Assembly: GCA_003104935.1 (NCBI GenBank)
Contig: PQAE01000005.1
Location: 2,034 to 66,033 of the forward strand
Reading direction: 5' to 3'
DNA: 64,000 nucleotides
DNA from: Parcubacteria group bacterium
GTDB taxonomy: Bacteria; Patescibacteriota; Patescibacteriia; UBA1558; GWA2-36-10
Both the position numbers and the translations under genes were made by a program. How positions within the stretch are numbered: position 1 is the first letter of the stretch; each line of letters begins with the position of its first letter. Positions 27,969 through 37,004 of this stretch are shown in pieces. The notes below the pieces were generated by a model. That model did not search any database, was not told the DNA's origin, and was given only the letters and a program-made list of their open reading frames with translations.

Positions 27969-28043
27969 TGGTGACCCCAGCAGGAATCGAACCTGCATCT
28001 AGAACTTAGGAGATTCTCGTTCTATCCATTGAACTATGGGGTC
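27969..28043 (-). tRNA. tRNA-Arg (anticodon CCT), CCA encoded
   Basis: Acceptor GACCCCA/TGGGGTC. D-arm GTTC-AATGGATA-GAAC. Anticodon stem AGAAT/GTTCT with loop CTCCTAA. T-arm GCAGG-TTCGATT-CCTGC. Confidence 0.85.
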
Positions 28044-28600
28044 AAGTGGAATTATTGATTATAATTAGACTTATTCAAACGTCAGAGTGTGTCCATTGCC
28101 CGCCAGGGGCGGGTCAGCTATTGGTTGAAACTATGGGCCTAAACGACATTACATAGCACTATAATTGAATATAATACGAATAAAAGCGTGTCTAATGCTA
28201 ATTCAAGGAAAAATTAATGCTATTATTTGCCAAAAATTTTAAAAATAACTTTTTACTAAAAAATATTTCTCACAGAAATTACACATCTTTGCTAATATTA
28301 GTATAAAAATCGTGTCGTTATATATTAACTAAATAAATTTGTTAATATGCCGAAACGATTATCCAAATATCTCAAAATACCCAAAAGCAATAAAATGGAC
28401 ACTGTTAAAATAACGGTTCTCCAAATGTCTTTTTTGTGATCAATTCCCTGAAGCATATGTTTATTAAATAATAATATGAGTATTTTAGTATATTGAGCAA
28501 CAAAAGTCCATATTTATAGAGTTAAAATGAGCTTTTTCTTTACTTTTTCAACTATTTGCACTAAAATTTATCTGCTTAAATTAACTTTAATAAAAAAATT

Positions 28601-29041
28601 ATGCCTATGTTTAATAAAAACCAGAACGATGCTTTACCCAAGAAAATTGAGACTATTATTGGTCCTTCGGTAAAGGTGGAGGGCAATTTTAAGGGCGAGG
28701 GCGATATTATAATAGACGGTGTGCTTGTAGGCACCCTAGAAACAGAAAACAACTTAAAGGTTGGCAACGGAGCAATAATTGAGGCTAGTATTAGGGCAAA
28801 TAATGCCTTTATCTCCGGAAAAATCAAGGGAAATCTAGTTATCAAGGGAAAGCTGGAAATAGCCAGCACGGCGGTTATCCTGGGCGACATCAAGACTCAG
28901 ATACTTTCTGTTGAGAGCGGAGCCCATATTCTGGGCAAAATCTTAATGCCCACCATTAAAATTAGCAGTGGTATAGGTGAGCATCATTCCGCCGAGTCCC
29001 GCATTGTCGCCGAAAAAATTGACGAGGAAACAGAAAAATAA
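28601..29041 (+). CDS. bactofilin family cytoskeletal protein
   Basis: 146 aa with repeating beta-helical GxIxG/hydrophobic periodicity (VKVEGNFKGEGDIIIDGVLVGTLE...GKIKGNLVIKGKLEI). Confidence 0.8.
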   Translation: MPMFNKNQNDALPKKIETIIGPSVKVEGNFKGEGDIIIDGVLVGTLETENNLKVGNGAIIEASIRANNAFISGKIKGNLVIKGKLEIASTAVILGDIKTQILSVESGAHILGKILMPTIKISSGIGEHHSAESRIVAEKIDEETEK

Positions 29042-29052
29042 ATTTTTTCCTT

Positions 29053-29799
29053 ATGTACTTGTACATATACGATTCTTTTCTTAATGATAAGAAGTATGTC
29101 AATTTGCTGGCTAAAATAGAGCAACGGGTAACTGATCTGAGCATCAAGGGCCGGACCGCCAAATTATCCATATTGAAAAATATGAAGGAGTTGATTACCG
29201 ATGCGGTCAAGGATGGGGTCAAAACAGTGGTCGCTGTCGGCAATGGGCAGACTTTCGCTAAGGTGATAAATATTGTCGCCGATTTGGATGTTACTCTAGG
29301 ACTGATTCCAGTCGATGATAATAACCTTATTGCACGCGCCTTGGGCGTACCATCAAAAGTGGCGGCTTGTGATGTTTTAGCTTCGCGTATTATCAAAAAA
29401 ATTGATTTGGGAAAAATTAATAACCATTATTTTTTTAAGTCTGCCGAGATAGTCAATGGAGCGGTGACTATTGATTTTTCGGATTTTCAGGTACAGCCCA
29501 CAACAGAAAAAAGCCGCATCACTTTGCATAACTTTAGCGACCATGATTTATCTCCTGGCTCTAATCCTTCCGATGGTTTTCTGGAGGTCGTGATAACCCC
29601 CTACCGCCAAACTGTTTTGGGTAAAAAAAGAATTACGGGAACGGTTTTGCCTTTTAATAAAGTAATGATAAACAGCGATCAAGAAGAGGAGGTTTCCATC
29701 TTAACTGATGAACAGATTATTATGAAGACACCGGCCGATATCGTTGCCGTGCCCGGGCGACTCAAGGTGATTGTCGGCGGGGAAAGAGATTTTGATTAA
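29053..29799 (+). CDS. diacylglycerol-kinase-catalytic-domain lipid kinase (YegS/BmrU-like)
   Basis: 248 aa. DAGK_cat-like N-terminus with a VAVGNGQT glycine motif (cf. GGDGT). Confidence 0.55.
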   Translation: MYLYIYDSFLNDKKYVNLLAKIEQRVTDLSIKGRTAKLSILKNMKELITDAVKDGVKTVVAVGNGQTFAKVINIVADLDVTLGLIPVDDNNLIARALGVPSKVAACDVLASRIIKKIDLGKINNHYFFKSAEIVNGAVTIDFSDFQVQPTTEKSRITLHNFSDHDLSPGSNPSDGFLEVVITPYRQTVLGKKRITGTVLPFNKVMINSDQEEEVSILTDEQIIMKTPADIVAVPGRLKVIVGGERDFD

Positions 29800-29810
29800 G
29801 AAATACAACA

Positions 29811-29837
29811 AAAAAACCCCCGAAAAAGGGGGTTTTT
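29811..29837. terminator. bidirectional intrinsic terminator aaaaaacccccgaaaaagggggttttt
   Basis: Perfect 5-bp G/C stem with symmetric A and T tracts, between convergent genes. Confidence 0.8.
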
Positions 29838-29853
29838 ATAATATATTAAGCTT

Positions 29854-30573
29854 TTAATTTTTAGCAGGAAGTGCCGGATATTTGGCTTTTTTAAAACCTA
29901 AGACAAGATATTGTTGGGCGACTGTAAAAAGTGTAGTCAGTAGCCAATACAGCGCCAGGCCGGCCGGAAAACGCGAGCCGATTATGATGGTGATCACCGG
30001 CATGATATAAAGCATCTGCTGATTCATCATCGCGGCGGTACCGCCGGATTTTGATTTGCTCATTAGCATCTTTGACTGCCAAAATTGAGCCAAACCGGCC
30101 AGCACCGCAATAACCCAACTCTTACTGGCTAAGTTTAGAAATCCGAAAGCAATCGGGTTGAGCACCCCGGGGTTGGCCACAAAACTATAGAGGTCTTTCA
30201 TTGCGTCGGCCTTGGCAAAAGAGTTAAAGAAAACCTGATAGATGGCAATCAGCACCGGCAACTGTATCAGCACCGGCAAACAGGAAGAAAAGGGATTTAT
30301 TTTCTTTTCTTTATAAAGGGCCATGATCTCCGGGCCCATCTTTTCCTTTTCATCTTTATATTTTTCTTTAATTTTTTCAATGTCCGGATTGATATCCTGC
30401 AGGGCTTTTTGTGCCTGAATAGATTGTCTGGATAAGGGGTATAAAATCAATTTAATTATTAGCGTCAGAATAATTATAGAGGCGCCAAAATCCTTACCAG
30501 GAATTATGTTGTACAAATAAATAAGCAAATTAAAAATCGGTTGGTAAAAAATAGTATGGAAAAGTGTCAGCAT
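29854..30573 (-). CDS. yidC: membrane protein insertase YidC/Oxa1 family, short form
   Basis: 239 aa, multi-TM. Conserved position downstream of rnpA-yidD. Confidence 0.8.
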   Translation of the reverse strand: MLTLFHTIFYQPIFNLLIYLYNIIPGKDFGASIIILTLIIKLILYPLSRQSIQAQKALQDINPDIEKIKEKYKDEKEKMGPEIMALYKEKKINPFSSCLPVLIQLPVLIAIYQVFFNSFAKADAMKDLYSFVANPGVLNPIAFGFLNLASKSWVIAVLAGLAQFWQSKMLMSKSKSGGTAAMMNQQMLYIMPVITIIIGSRFPAGLALYWLLTTLFTVAQQYLVLGFKKAKYPALPAKN

Positions 30574-30588
30574 AATCTTCTTTATTAA

Positions 30589-30855
30589 TTAAAGCAGGGG
30601 ATCAGCGCCGCCTCTGGCCCAGGGGTGACAGCGAAGGAGACGCGATATTGATTTATACAAACCTCTAAAAACCCCGTATTTATAAAAGGCCTGATGGCTG
30701 TACTCTGAACAATGGGGATCATAAGGACAAAAACCGTGCGGATAGTAGATCTTGAACCAACCCGTATCTGGAGACAGTGTGTGCTGATAAAGACGAATCA
30801 GTACTAAAATCGGCCAGGACAAAACTTTATTTGCTTTTGACAGTAGTTTTTTCAT
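30589..30855 (-). CDS. yidD: membrane protein insertion efficiency factor YidD
   Basis: Motif LIRLYQHTLSP...CPYDPHCSEYS is diagnostic for YidD. The true start is likely MKKLL at 30855. Confidence 0.8.
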   Translation of the reverse strand: MKKLLSKANKVLSWPILVLIRLYQHTLSPDTGWFKIYYPHGFCPYDPHCSEYSHQAFYKYGVFRGLYKSISRLLRCHPWARGGADPLL

Positions 30856-31201
30856 TATTATCTCGATATAGCCGGCTTTTATTAAGAGCAAACAATATTT
30901 GCCTGCCAATAGTCATAAAATCTAGCTCTAAAGCCCTTTTTTTGGCTATAATTAGCACCGAATATCCTGGAACCATGTTTTTTATATATCGTTGTATTAC
31001 CTCCCGCAAACGTCGGGCTAGTTTGTTTCTAATTACTGCTCTCTTTTCAACTTTGGTAGAAACTACAAAAGCGACTTTCGTGTTCTTTTCCCGGTTTTTC
31101 CTATATTTTATTACAAATTCCGGCAAAAAAAAGGTCTGGCCAGTCCGGACCAGGTCTTTAATTTCCTTGTCAGAGTGTAAACGATAAATTTTTGGCAACA
31201 T
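30827..31201 (-). CDS. rnpA: ribonuclease P protein component
   Basis: 124 aa basic protein at the rpmH-rnpA position with RNase P protein-like sequence (RLRRSSDF-like region, KRAVIRNKLARRLRE). Confidence 0.8.
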   Translation of the reverse strand: MLPKIYRLHSDKEIKDLVRTGQTFFLPEFVIKYRKNREKNTKVAFVVSTKVEKRAVIRNKLARRLREVIQRYIKNMVPGYSVLIIAKKRALELDFMTIGRQILFALNKSRLYRDNNEKTTVKSK

Positions 31202-31219
31202 AATAGGGGCTAACCATAC

Positions 31220-31357
31220 TAAACAGTAATCTTCTTGCGATTTTTTCGGCGCCGCCTGGCTATAGTTTTGCGGCCTCCTTTTTTGGCCATTCTGGCTCTA
31301 AACCCGTGTGTTCTAGCCCGTTTTCTGGTTCTGGGTCGATAAGTTCTCTTTGGCATA
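31220..31357 (-). CDS. rpmH: 50S ribosomal protein L34
   Basis: Hand-translated 45 aa [45 protein letters not shown]. Universal L34 signature. Missed by the ORF track because of length. Confidence 0.92.
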
Positions 31358-31534
31358 TGAAAATTTAGTAAAAATTATGCGTTTAGAATAACATGTTTTT
31401 CTGGTTTTGACAATGAATATAAATGTGCCATAATTGTAAACAAATTATACACATTTTATTAACTATTATGCTGGTTTTGCTGTATTCTTATTTGTGTTAT
31501 AGTATAGGAGTTCTAATAACAATACTCTAAATAA
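31358..31534. promoter_or_regulatory. candidate oriC / dnaA promoter region (AT-rich, DnaA-box-like 9-mers)
   Basis: Divergent rpmH and dnaA. TTATACACA (1 mismatch to TTATCCACA) and TGTGTTATA-like boxes in AT-rich unwinding-element-like sequence. Confidence 0.45.
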
Positions 31535-32911
31535 ATGCCGGGTAGTGATAAAATCTGGGAAAGTGCCTTGGGTGAGCTGGAGCTTTTAATATCCAAGGCT
31601 AACTTTACTACCTGGTTTAAAAATACTTTTGTTGCCGAGAACAGTGATGATCGGGTAGTTGTTGGCGTTCCTAATGCCTTTACCAAGGTTTGGCTGGAAA
31701 AGAAGTATCACGACAAAATAACCAAGGCCTTGGAGAATATATTGACAAAAAATAATCTACAGGTTATCTACAGGGTGGCAAATAAGGACACTTTGGCTAA
31801 TATTAGCGAAAAAATAAGTAATTTGAGTAATGAAAAATCACAACCTGTGAATAACAATAACGGTGGAATGTTTAAAAACATCAACCGTTTTGGCCTAAAC
31901 TCTAACTATACATTTAAAAGCTTTATTGTGGGGCCGGGCAATGAATTAGCCCAAGCAGCAGCCAAGGCCGCCGCTGAAAAACCAGGGGAAATCTATAATC
32001 CATTATTTATTTATGGCGGTGTTGGTTTGGGTAAAACCCACTTAGTTCAGGCTGTGGGGGCCTATATTTTAGAAAAAAGCCCTAAAAAAAAGATACTTTA
32101 CATAAACAGTGAGAAATTTACTAATGATTTTATATCAGCTATTAAAACGGGTCAAACTGATAGATTTAAAGAAACCTACCGCAATGTTGATGTTTTGTTG
32201 ATTGACGATATTCAGTTTATTGCCGGTAAAGAACAAACTCAGGAGGAGTTTTTTCACACTTTTAATGCTTTACATCAGAATAACAAACAAATTGTACTTT
32301 CCTCTGACCGACCACCTAAGGCTATTCCTGCTATTGAGAATAGGCTCATTTCCCGCTTTGAGTGGGGCATGATCGCTGATATTTCTGCTCCCGACCTGGA
32401 AACTAGGGTGGCTATATTGCAGTTAAAAGCCCAGGAAAAAAACTATGCTTTGGGAGCTGATATTATCCACTATGTAGCCGAGAATATTCAGGATAATATT
32501 AGGGAATTAGAGGGGGCGCTAAACAGGATTATCGCTTTTCACCAATTAAACGGCGCTGTCCCTAGCCTGGAGAGCGTCAAATCTATCTTGGGCGGTATTT
32601 CAGCCAACCCCCGCAAGGCTGGTTTAACCAGCAAAAAAATAATTAGGATCGTGGCCGATTTTTATGACATTGGTCTGGATGCAATCTTGGGTGAAAGCCG
32701 GAAAAAAGAGTTGGTGGTGCCGCGCCAGATCGCCATGTTTCTAATGCGCCAGGAGATCAAAGCGTCTTTCCCCAACATCGGCCAGGATATCGGTGGCCGT
32801 GACCACACTACCGCTATGCACGCCTGCGAGAAGATAAACTCATTGATAAGTGTGGATGAAAAAATAAAAAACGACGTTGCGGTTTTGAAACAAAAACTTT
32901 ACGAGGCCTGA
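31535..32911 (+). CDS. dnaA: chromosomal replication initiator DnaA
   Basis: 458 aa. AAA+ Walker A GGVGLGKTHL, Walker B LLIDDIQF, C-terminal DNA-binding helix (DIGGRDHTTAMHACEKI). Confidence 0.95.
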   Translation: MPGSDKIWESALGELELLISKANFTTWFKNTFVAENSDDRVVVGVPNAFTKVWLEKKYHDKITKALENILTKNNLQVIYRVANKDTLANISEKISNLSNEKSQPVNNNNGGMFKNINRFGLNSNYTFKSFIVGPGNELAQAAAKAAAEKPGEIYNPLFIYGGVGLGKTHLVQAVGAYILEKSPKKKILYINSEKFTNDFISAIKTGQTDRFKETYRNVDVLLIDDIQFIAGKEQTQEEFFHTFNALHQNNKQIVLSSDRPPKAIPAIENRLISRFEWGMIADISAPDLETRVAILQLKAQEKNYALGADIIHYVAENIQDNIRELEGALNRIIAFHQLNGAVPSLESVKSILGGISANPRKAGLTSKKIIRIVADFYDIGLDAILGESRKKELVVPRQIAMFLMRQEIKASFPNIGQDIGGRDHTTAMHACEKINSLISVDEKIKNDVAVLKQKLYEA

Positions 32912-33132
32912 ATAAGGTGTGAATAAATTAGGCACAGACCTGTTTATAAATCTGTTTACAGGATTTATATGTCTAATCAGAAAATATTTTCCCCTAATTA
33001 AACAGGTTTTATCCCCATAAAATTATTTATAAATCTTCCGATAAACCAGTGTGTCCGTCACTACTTTCAACATATACACAATCCTTACTACTATTAATAA
33101 TTTATAAAACATAATTATAATAAGACAAGAAT
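32912..33132. promoter_or_regulatory. dnaA-dnaN intergenic region with DnaA-box-like sites (second oriC candidate)
   Basis: GTGTGAATAA (1 mismatch to TGTGGATAA), TTATCCCCA (1 mismatch), and AT-rich tracts. Confidence 0.45.
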
Positions 33133-34233
33133 ATGAAAGTCATTTGCACACAGGAAAACTTACACAAGGGCTTGGGCCTGGTTTCAAACATTGCCAATCG
33201 GCACAGTAATCTGCCAGTTTTAAACAATGTATTAATTAAGGCCGGAAAGGACGGTTTGGTACTAATTACTACCGATTTAGAAATTGGTATTAAAGCGTTT
33301 GTGAGAGGAAAAATAGAAAAAGAAGGGGAATTCACCGTCGATGCCAAATTATTTAATAATTATGTTAATTATCTTCCCAAAGAAAACGTAGAGTTAAACC
33401 TGAAAGATGGGGGGCTGGAAATAAAAAACAAAAATCAGGAAACCACTATAAATGGTTTGGCGGCCGAAGACTTTCCTCTTATTCCTGATGTTAGTAAAGA
33501 CGGTGAAATAGAATTATCTTCATCGGAATTGAAGCGGGCCCTACAAGAAGTAATGTTTGCCGCTTCTTTGGATGGCTCGCGTGCCGAGATTAATGCTGTT
33601 AATTTTAATTTTGAACCCGGGGAACTGGTTCTCGCGGCCACCGATAGTTACCGCCTAGCGGAAAAAAAGATAAAGATTGTTAATGATAAAAGTCATAAAT
33701 TAATCATACCATTAAAAACACTGCAGGAACTTTTTCGGGTATTAAGCGACCAGGTGGAACAGAAGATTAAAATATATCTTAATGAAAATCAAATCATGTT
33801 TGTTTTTGACGGCGTGGAGCTGATCTCTCGCGTCATTGACGGTAAGTATCCTGACTACAAACAGATTATTCCAAACGAGTTTAGTACCAAAGCTAAATGC
33901 GCGGTGAGCGAGTTGGCTCCGGCCATCAAGGCGGTAGCCTTGTTCTGCAAACAAGGCATAAACGACATCCGCCTGAGTTTCGATGAAAAAGACCAAAAAA
34001 TAATTATTGCCACGGCTAGCTCCCATGCCGGACACTCTCTAGCTAAGGTTTCGGCGGATATTGAGGGAAGTGGCGGAGAGGTGGTTTTTAATTATAAATA
34101 TTTGCTGGACGGACTAAGTAATATTTACAGCAACGAGGTGTTTATCAAGATAAATAACAACTCCTCGCCAGGGCTGATCCAGCCGGTTAATAACCAAGAG
34201 CACCTCTATTTGGTAATGCCTATCAGACAATAG
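33133..34233 (+). CDS. dnaN: DNA polymerase III beta sliding clamp
   Basis: 366 aa immediately downstream of dnaA with the three-domain beta-clamp pattern (MKVICTQENLHKGL...). Confidence 0.9.
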   Translation: MKVICTQENLHKGLGLVSNIANRHSNLPVLNNVLIKAGKDGLVLITTDLEIGIKAFVRGKIEKEGEFTVDAKLFNNYVNYLPKENVELNLKDGGLEIKNKNQETTINGLAAEDFPLIPDVSKDGEIELSSSELKRALQEVMFAASLDGSRAEINAVNFNFEPGELVLAATDSYRLAEKKIKIVNDKSHKLIIPLKTLQELFRVLSDQVEQKIKIYLNENQIMFVFDGVELISRVIDGKYPDYKQIIPNEFSTKAKCAVSELAPAIKAVALFCKQGINDIRLSFDEKDQKIIIATASSHAGHSLAKVSADIEGSGGEVVFNYKYLLDGLSNIYSNEVFIKINNNSSPGLIQPVNNQEHLYLVMPIRQ

Positions 34234-34468
34234 GGTTTTTGCGACAACAGTTAAAATTTGCTATAATAGTAAAACCCTTAAATCCTTTGTGTATAAATTG
34301 GGTTTTGGGCTTGAAGAAAAACAATTCTTGCCTTGAACAAAGGTAGGGCCAAAAAACGTCCTGGCGCGATTAGGGCGTTTTTTGCTGAGTAAAAAAAGAT
34401 TATTGAAATTAACGCTGATTAAAAAGACAGAAATTGACCTTATACGCATAAAGTCATACAATAAAATA

Positions 34469-34663
34469 ACTACTAAACACGTCCTTTTTGGTCGCTGCGG
34501 CCTACCGTAAGCAAGGATATTACCATCGGTGATATCATACTACTCAAGCCCTGTTAAACCCCGTAGTAAATACTGCTGCTTTTTCCTGACCGCCAACCGC
34601 AGCGACCCAAATAATTGAGCGCCCTCCATTTTCTACAGAGAAGGTGGAGGGCGCTTTCCGTTT
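34469..34663 (+). ncRNA. candidate structured small RNA or 5' leader upstream of ruvA
   Basis: TTGACC-17-TACAAT promoter at 34434-34462. An 11-bp long-range pairing ggtcgctgcgg (34490-34500) with ccgcagcgacc (34597-34607) encloses about 95 nt with a GUAA tetraloop hairpin. Terminal 10-bp hairpin 34618-34655 is followed by uuccguuu. Confidence 0.35.
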
Positions 34664-34696
34664 GAATTTATGGGGTAATTTTGTTATGATAGAAAA

Positions 34697-35266
34697 ATGA
34701 TAGCCTATATTAAAGGACAAATCATCCAACTTGGTCAAAAATCAATCACTGTTTTTGTGGGCGGTTTGGGCTATGAGGTTTTTTTGACACCCAAGGGCCT
34801 GGCTACTCTGAAGGTAAACCAGGAGGCCTGTTTTTTTGTTTATAGCCACATAAAAGAAGATGCTCACGATCTTTACGGATTTACCAGCGACCAGGAGCTA
34901 GACTTTTTTAAAAAATTGATTTCTGTTTCTGGAGTCGGACCAAAAAGCGCCTTGAATATTTTGGGGCTAGGTGAGGCGGCGGAGCTGAAACGAGCCATCG
35001 GCCAGGGCGACACTATTTTTTTACAACAGGTTTCTGGTATTGGTAAAAAAACCGCCGAACGGTTGGTAGTGGAGCTCAGAGAAAAGTTCATCGATGAGAT
35101 ATCCGGACAAATCTCCGTGGGCGGCGGCGACCAACAAGTGCGCGAGGCTCTAATCTCCTTGGGCTACAAAGACAAAGAAGCGGCTGAGGCGATAAAACAT
35201 ATTTCTACCAGTAGCGGCGACCTAGCCAGTCGGATTAAAGAAGCGCTACGCGCTGTTCCCAAATAA
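34697..35266 (+). CDS. ruvA: Holliday junction DNA helicase RuvA
   Basis: 189 aa, MIAYIKGQI...GYEV N-terminus, helix-hairpin-helix GVGPKSALNIL...GIGKKTAERL motifs, C-terminal domain III. Confidence 0.88.
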   Translation: MIAYIKGQIIQLGQKSITVFVGGLGYEVFLTPKGLATLKVNQEACFFVYSHIKEDAHDLYGFTSDQELDFFKKLISVSGVGPKSALNILGLGEAAELKRAIGQGDTIFLQQVSGIGKKTAERLVVELREKFIDEISGQISVGGGDQQVREALISLGYKDKEAAEAIKHISTSSGDLASRIKEALRAVPK

Positions 35267-35268
35267 AC

Positions 35269-36282
35269 ATGCAATTAATTATTGATAATTCCAACTACGA
35301 CAATTTTTTAAATACCAGATTTATTTCTGGTAATTTTTTGCAAAGTAGCTTGTGGCGTAAATTTTTGGAAAGCCAAGCAAAAAGATACTGGCAACTCGTG
35401 GTTTCTGACGGTCCGCAGATAGCGGCTACTTGTTTGTTTTATCAAAATACTTTACCTTTGGGACGGAGTTATTTTTATGTGCCCAAAGGTCCAATTTTCA
35501 ACCCCGCCCTCAGCCGCCCCCAAAAACAAGAGGCGCTTAGTTTGATTTTGTCTAAAGCCAGAGAGGTTACTGTCGACACACGCAAAAGAGAAGAAATTTT
35601 TTTAAAGCTCGATTTGCCGGAAAACCTGGATTTGCCGCCGGAGCTTATCAAAAGTGAAGACCTACAACCACGCGACAGTTGGGTGTTGGAACTAAAAAAA
35701 AGCGCCGATGAATTGTTGGCCGCGATGCACCCTAAAACCCGCTACAATATCAGTCTGGCCAAACGGAAGGGGGTTAGTGTTGAGTTTAGTCAGGACACCG
35801 AAGACCTAAAGCATTTTATATCATTGATTAAAAAAACCGCGGTTCGTAACCAGATATCCGTACATAGTGCTACTTACTACAATAAACTAATTCAGGTTTT
35901 ATTCAAAAATAAATGCGGCTATCTGGCCCTAGCTAAAGTTGATAATCAGGTGGTGGCGGCCAACATTGTTTTATGTTTTGGCAACAGCGCCACTTATTTG
36001 CACGGGGCGTCCGACTACCGCTTTCGTGCATATATGGCACCACACCTACTGCAATGGGAAAGCATCAAAAAAATGCAGGCCGCGGGACACGCAGTTTATG
36101 ATTTTTGGGGCGTGGCTCCGGAGGACGGCTCCAAGCCCAAGTGGGGAGGTCTTAGCCGTTTCAAAAAAAGCTTTGGCGGGCAAGTCACAAAATCTCCCGG
36201 CGCCTATAACCTGATTTATGATGTCGGTTGGTATCGCTGGTATAAATTTGCCCGGAAATTAATTAGTTTAAGTGGCCGATAA
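35269..36282 (+). CDS. FemAB-family peptidoglycan interpeptide-bridge aminoacyltransferase-like protein
   Basis: 337 aa; FemAB/GNAT-like pattern (FLQSSLWRKF...YFYVPKGP...LHGASDYRFRAYMAPHLLQWESI). Confidence 0.65.
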   Translation: MQLIIDNSNYDNFLNTRFISGNFLQSSLWRKFLESQAKRYWQLVVSDGPQIAATCLFYQNTLPLGRSYFYVPKGPIFNPALSRPQKQEALSLILSKAREVTVDTRKREEIFLKLDLPENLDLPPELIKSEDLQPRDSWVLELKKSADELLAAMHPKTRYNISLAKRKGVSVEFSQDTEDLKHFISLIKKTAVRNQISVHSATYYNKLIQVLFKNKCGYLALAKVDNQVVAANIVLCFGNSATYLHGASDYRFRAYMAPHLLQWESIKKMQAAGHAVYDFWGVAPEDGSKPKWGGLSRFKKSFGGQVTKSPGAYNLIYDVGWYRWYKFARKLISLSGR

Positions 36283-36284
36283 TT

Positions 36285-37004
36285 ATGAACAGAGTCTTAA
36301 TCTCGGCTGCCGGCCGGGGCACACGCATGCTCCATCTAAGTAGTGACCGTCCCAAACACCTGATTGAGGTAGCCGGGCACCCCTTTTTGTATTATTTACT
36401 GAATAATTTAAAAATCGCCGGTTTTACTGAGGTAATCATGGTGGTGGGTTACAAAAAAGAATTAATGAAACAGTTTTTAAAAAATTATCAAGGACAGTTC
36501 AAAATCACCGTCATAAATCAATTTGAAAAATTAGGCGAAGGAGAGTATGGCACCGCTTGCCCACTCAAGTGCGTTTCTGATATTCTAGCCGGAGAGAACT
36601 TTCTGTCGATCTATGGAGATAATCTTTATTCGGTAGAGGATCTGCGGAACTTTAATATCCAGGATAATTATAATTACGTCGCGGGCTTGCGGCACAGCGA
36701 GCCGCAGAATTATGGAGTACTGGAAGTCGGCGCAAATGGTTTTCTGAAAGGTATAATTGAAAAACCAAAAAAACCGCCGAGCAATCTAATCAACACTGGT
36801 TTATATAAATTTACCGGTGAGGTTTTTGACTATTTGTCTAAAATAAAGCTATCCCCGCGCGGCGAATATGAATTGACCGACATCGTTGATTTATTAGCTA
36901 AACAAGGTAACGTAAAAGTACGTGGTCTTTCTGGCGGCTGGTTGGACTTTGGGCGGCCAGAGGATATAGTGCGGGTGGAAAATTATGTTCGGCAATATGC
37001 TTAA
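36285..37004 (+). CDS. sugar-phosphate nucleotidyltransferase (G1P thymidylyl/uridylyltransferase-like)
   Basis: N-terminal ISAAGRGTRM (cf. GGxGTRL) nucleotidyltransferase motif; 239 aa. Confidence 0.75.
   Translation: MNRVLISAAGRGTRMLHLSSDRPKHLIEVAGHPFLYYLLNNLKIAGFTEVIMVVGYKKELMKQFLKNYQGQFKITVINQFEKLGEGEYGTACPLKCVSDILAGENFLSIYGDNLYSVEDLRNFNIQDNYNYVAGLRHSEPQNYGVLEVGANGFLKGIIEKPKKPPSNLINTGLYKFTGEVFDYLSKIKLSPRGEYELTDIVDLLAKQGNVKVRGLSGGWLDFGRPEDIVRVENYVRQYA

Noticed and set aside
34261-34738. Two minus-strand ORFs (66 and 64 aa) in the dnaN-ruvA spacer
   Set aside because: No RBS; the region is better explained by a plus-strand promoter-driven structured RNA.
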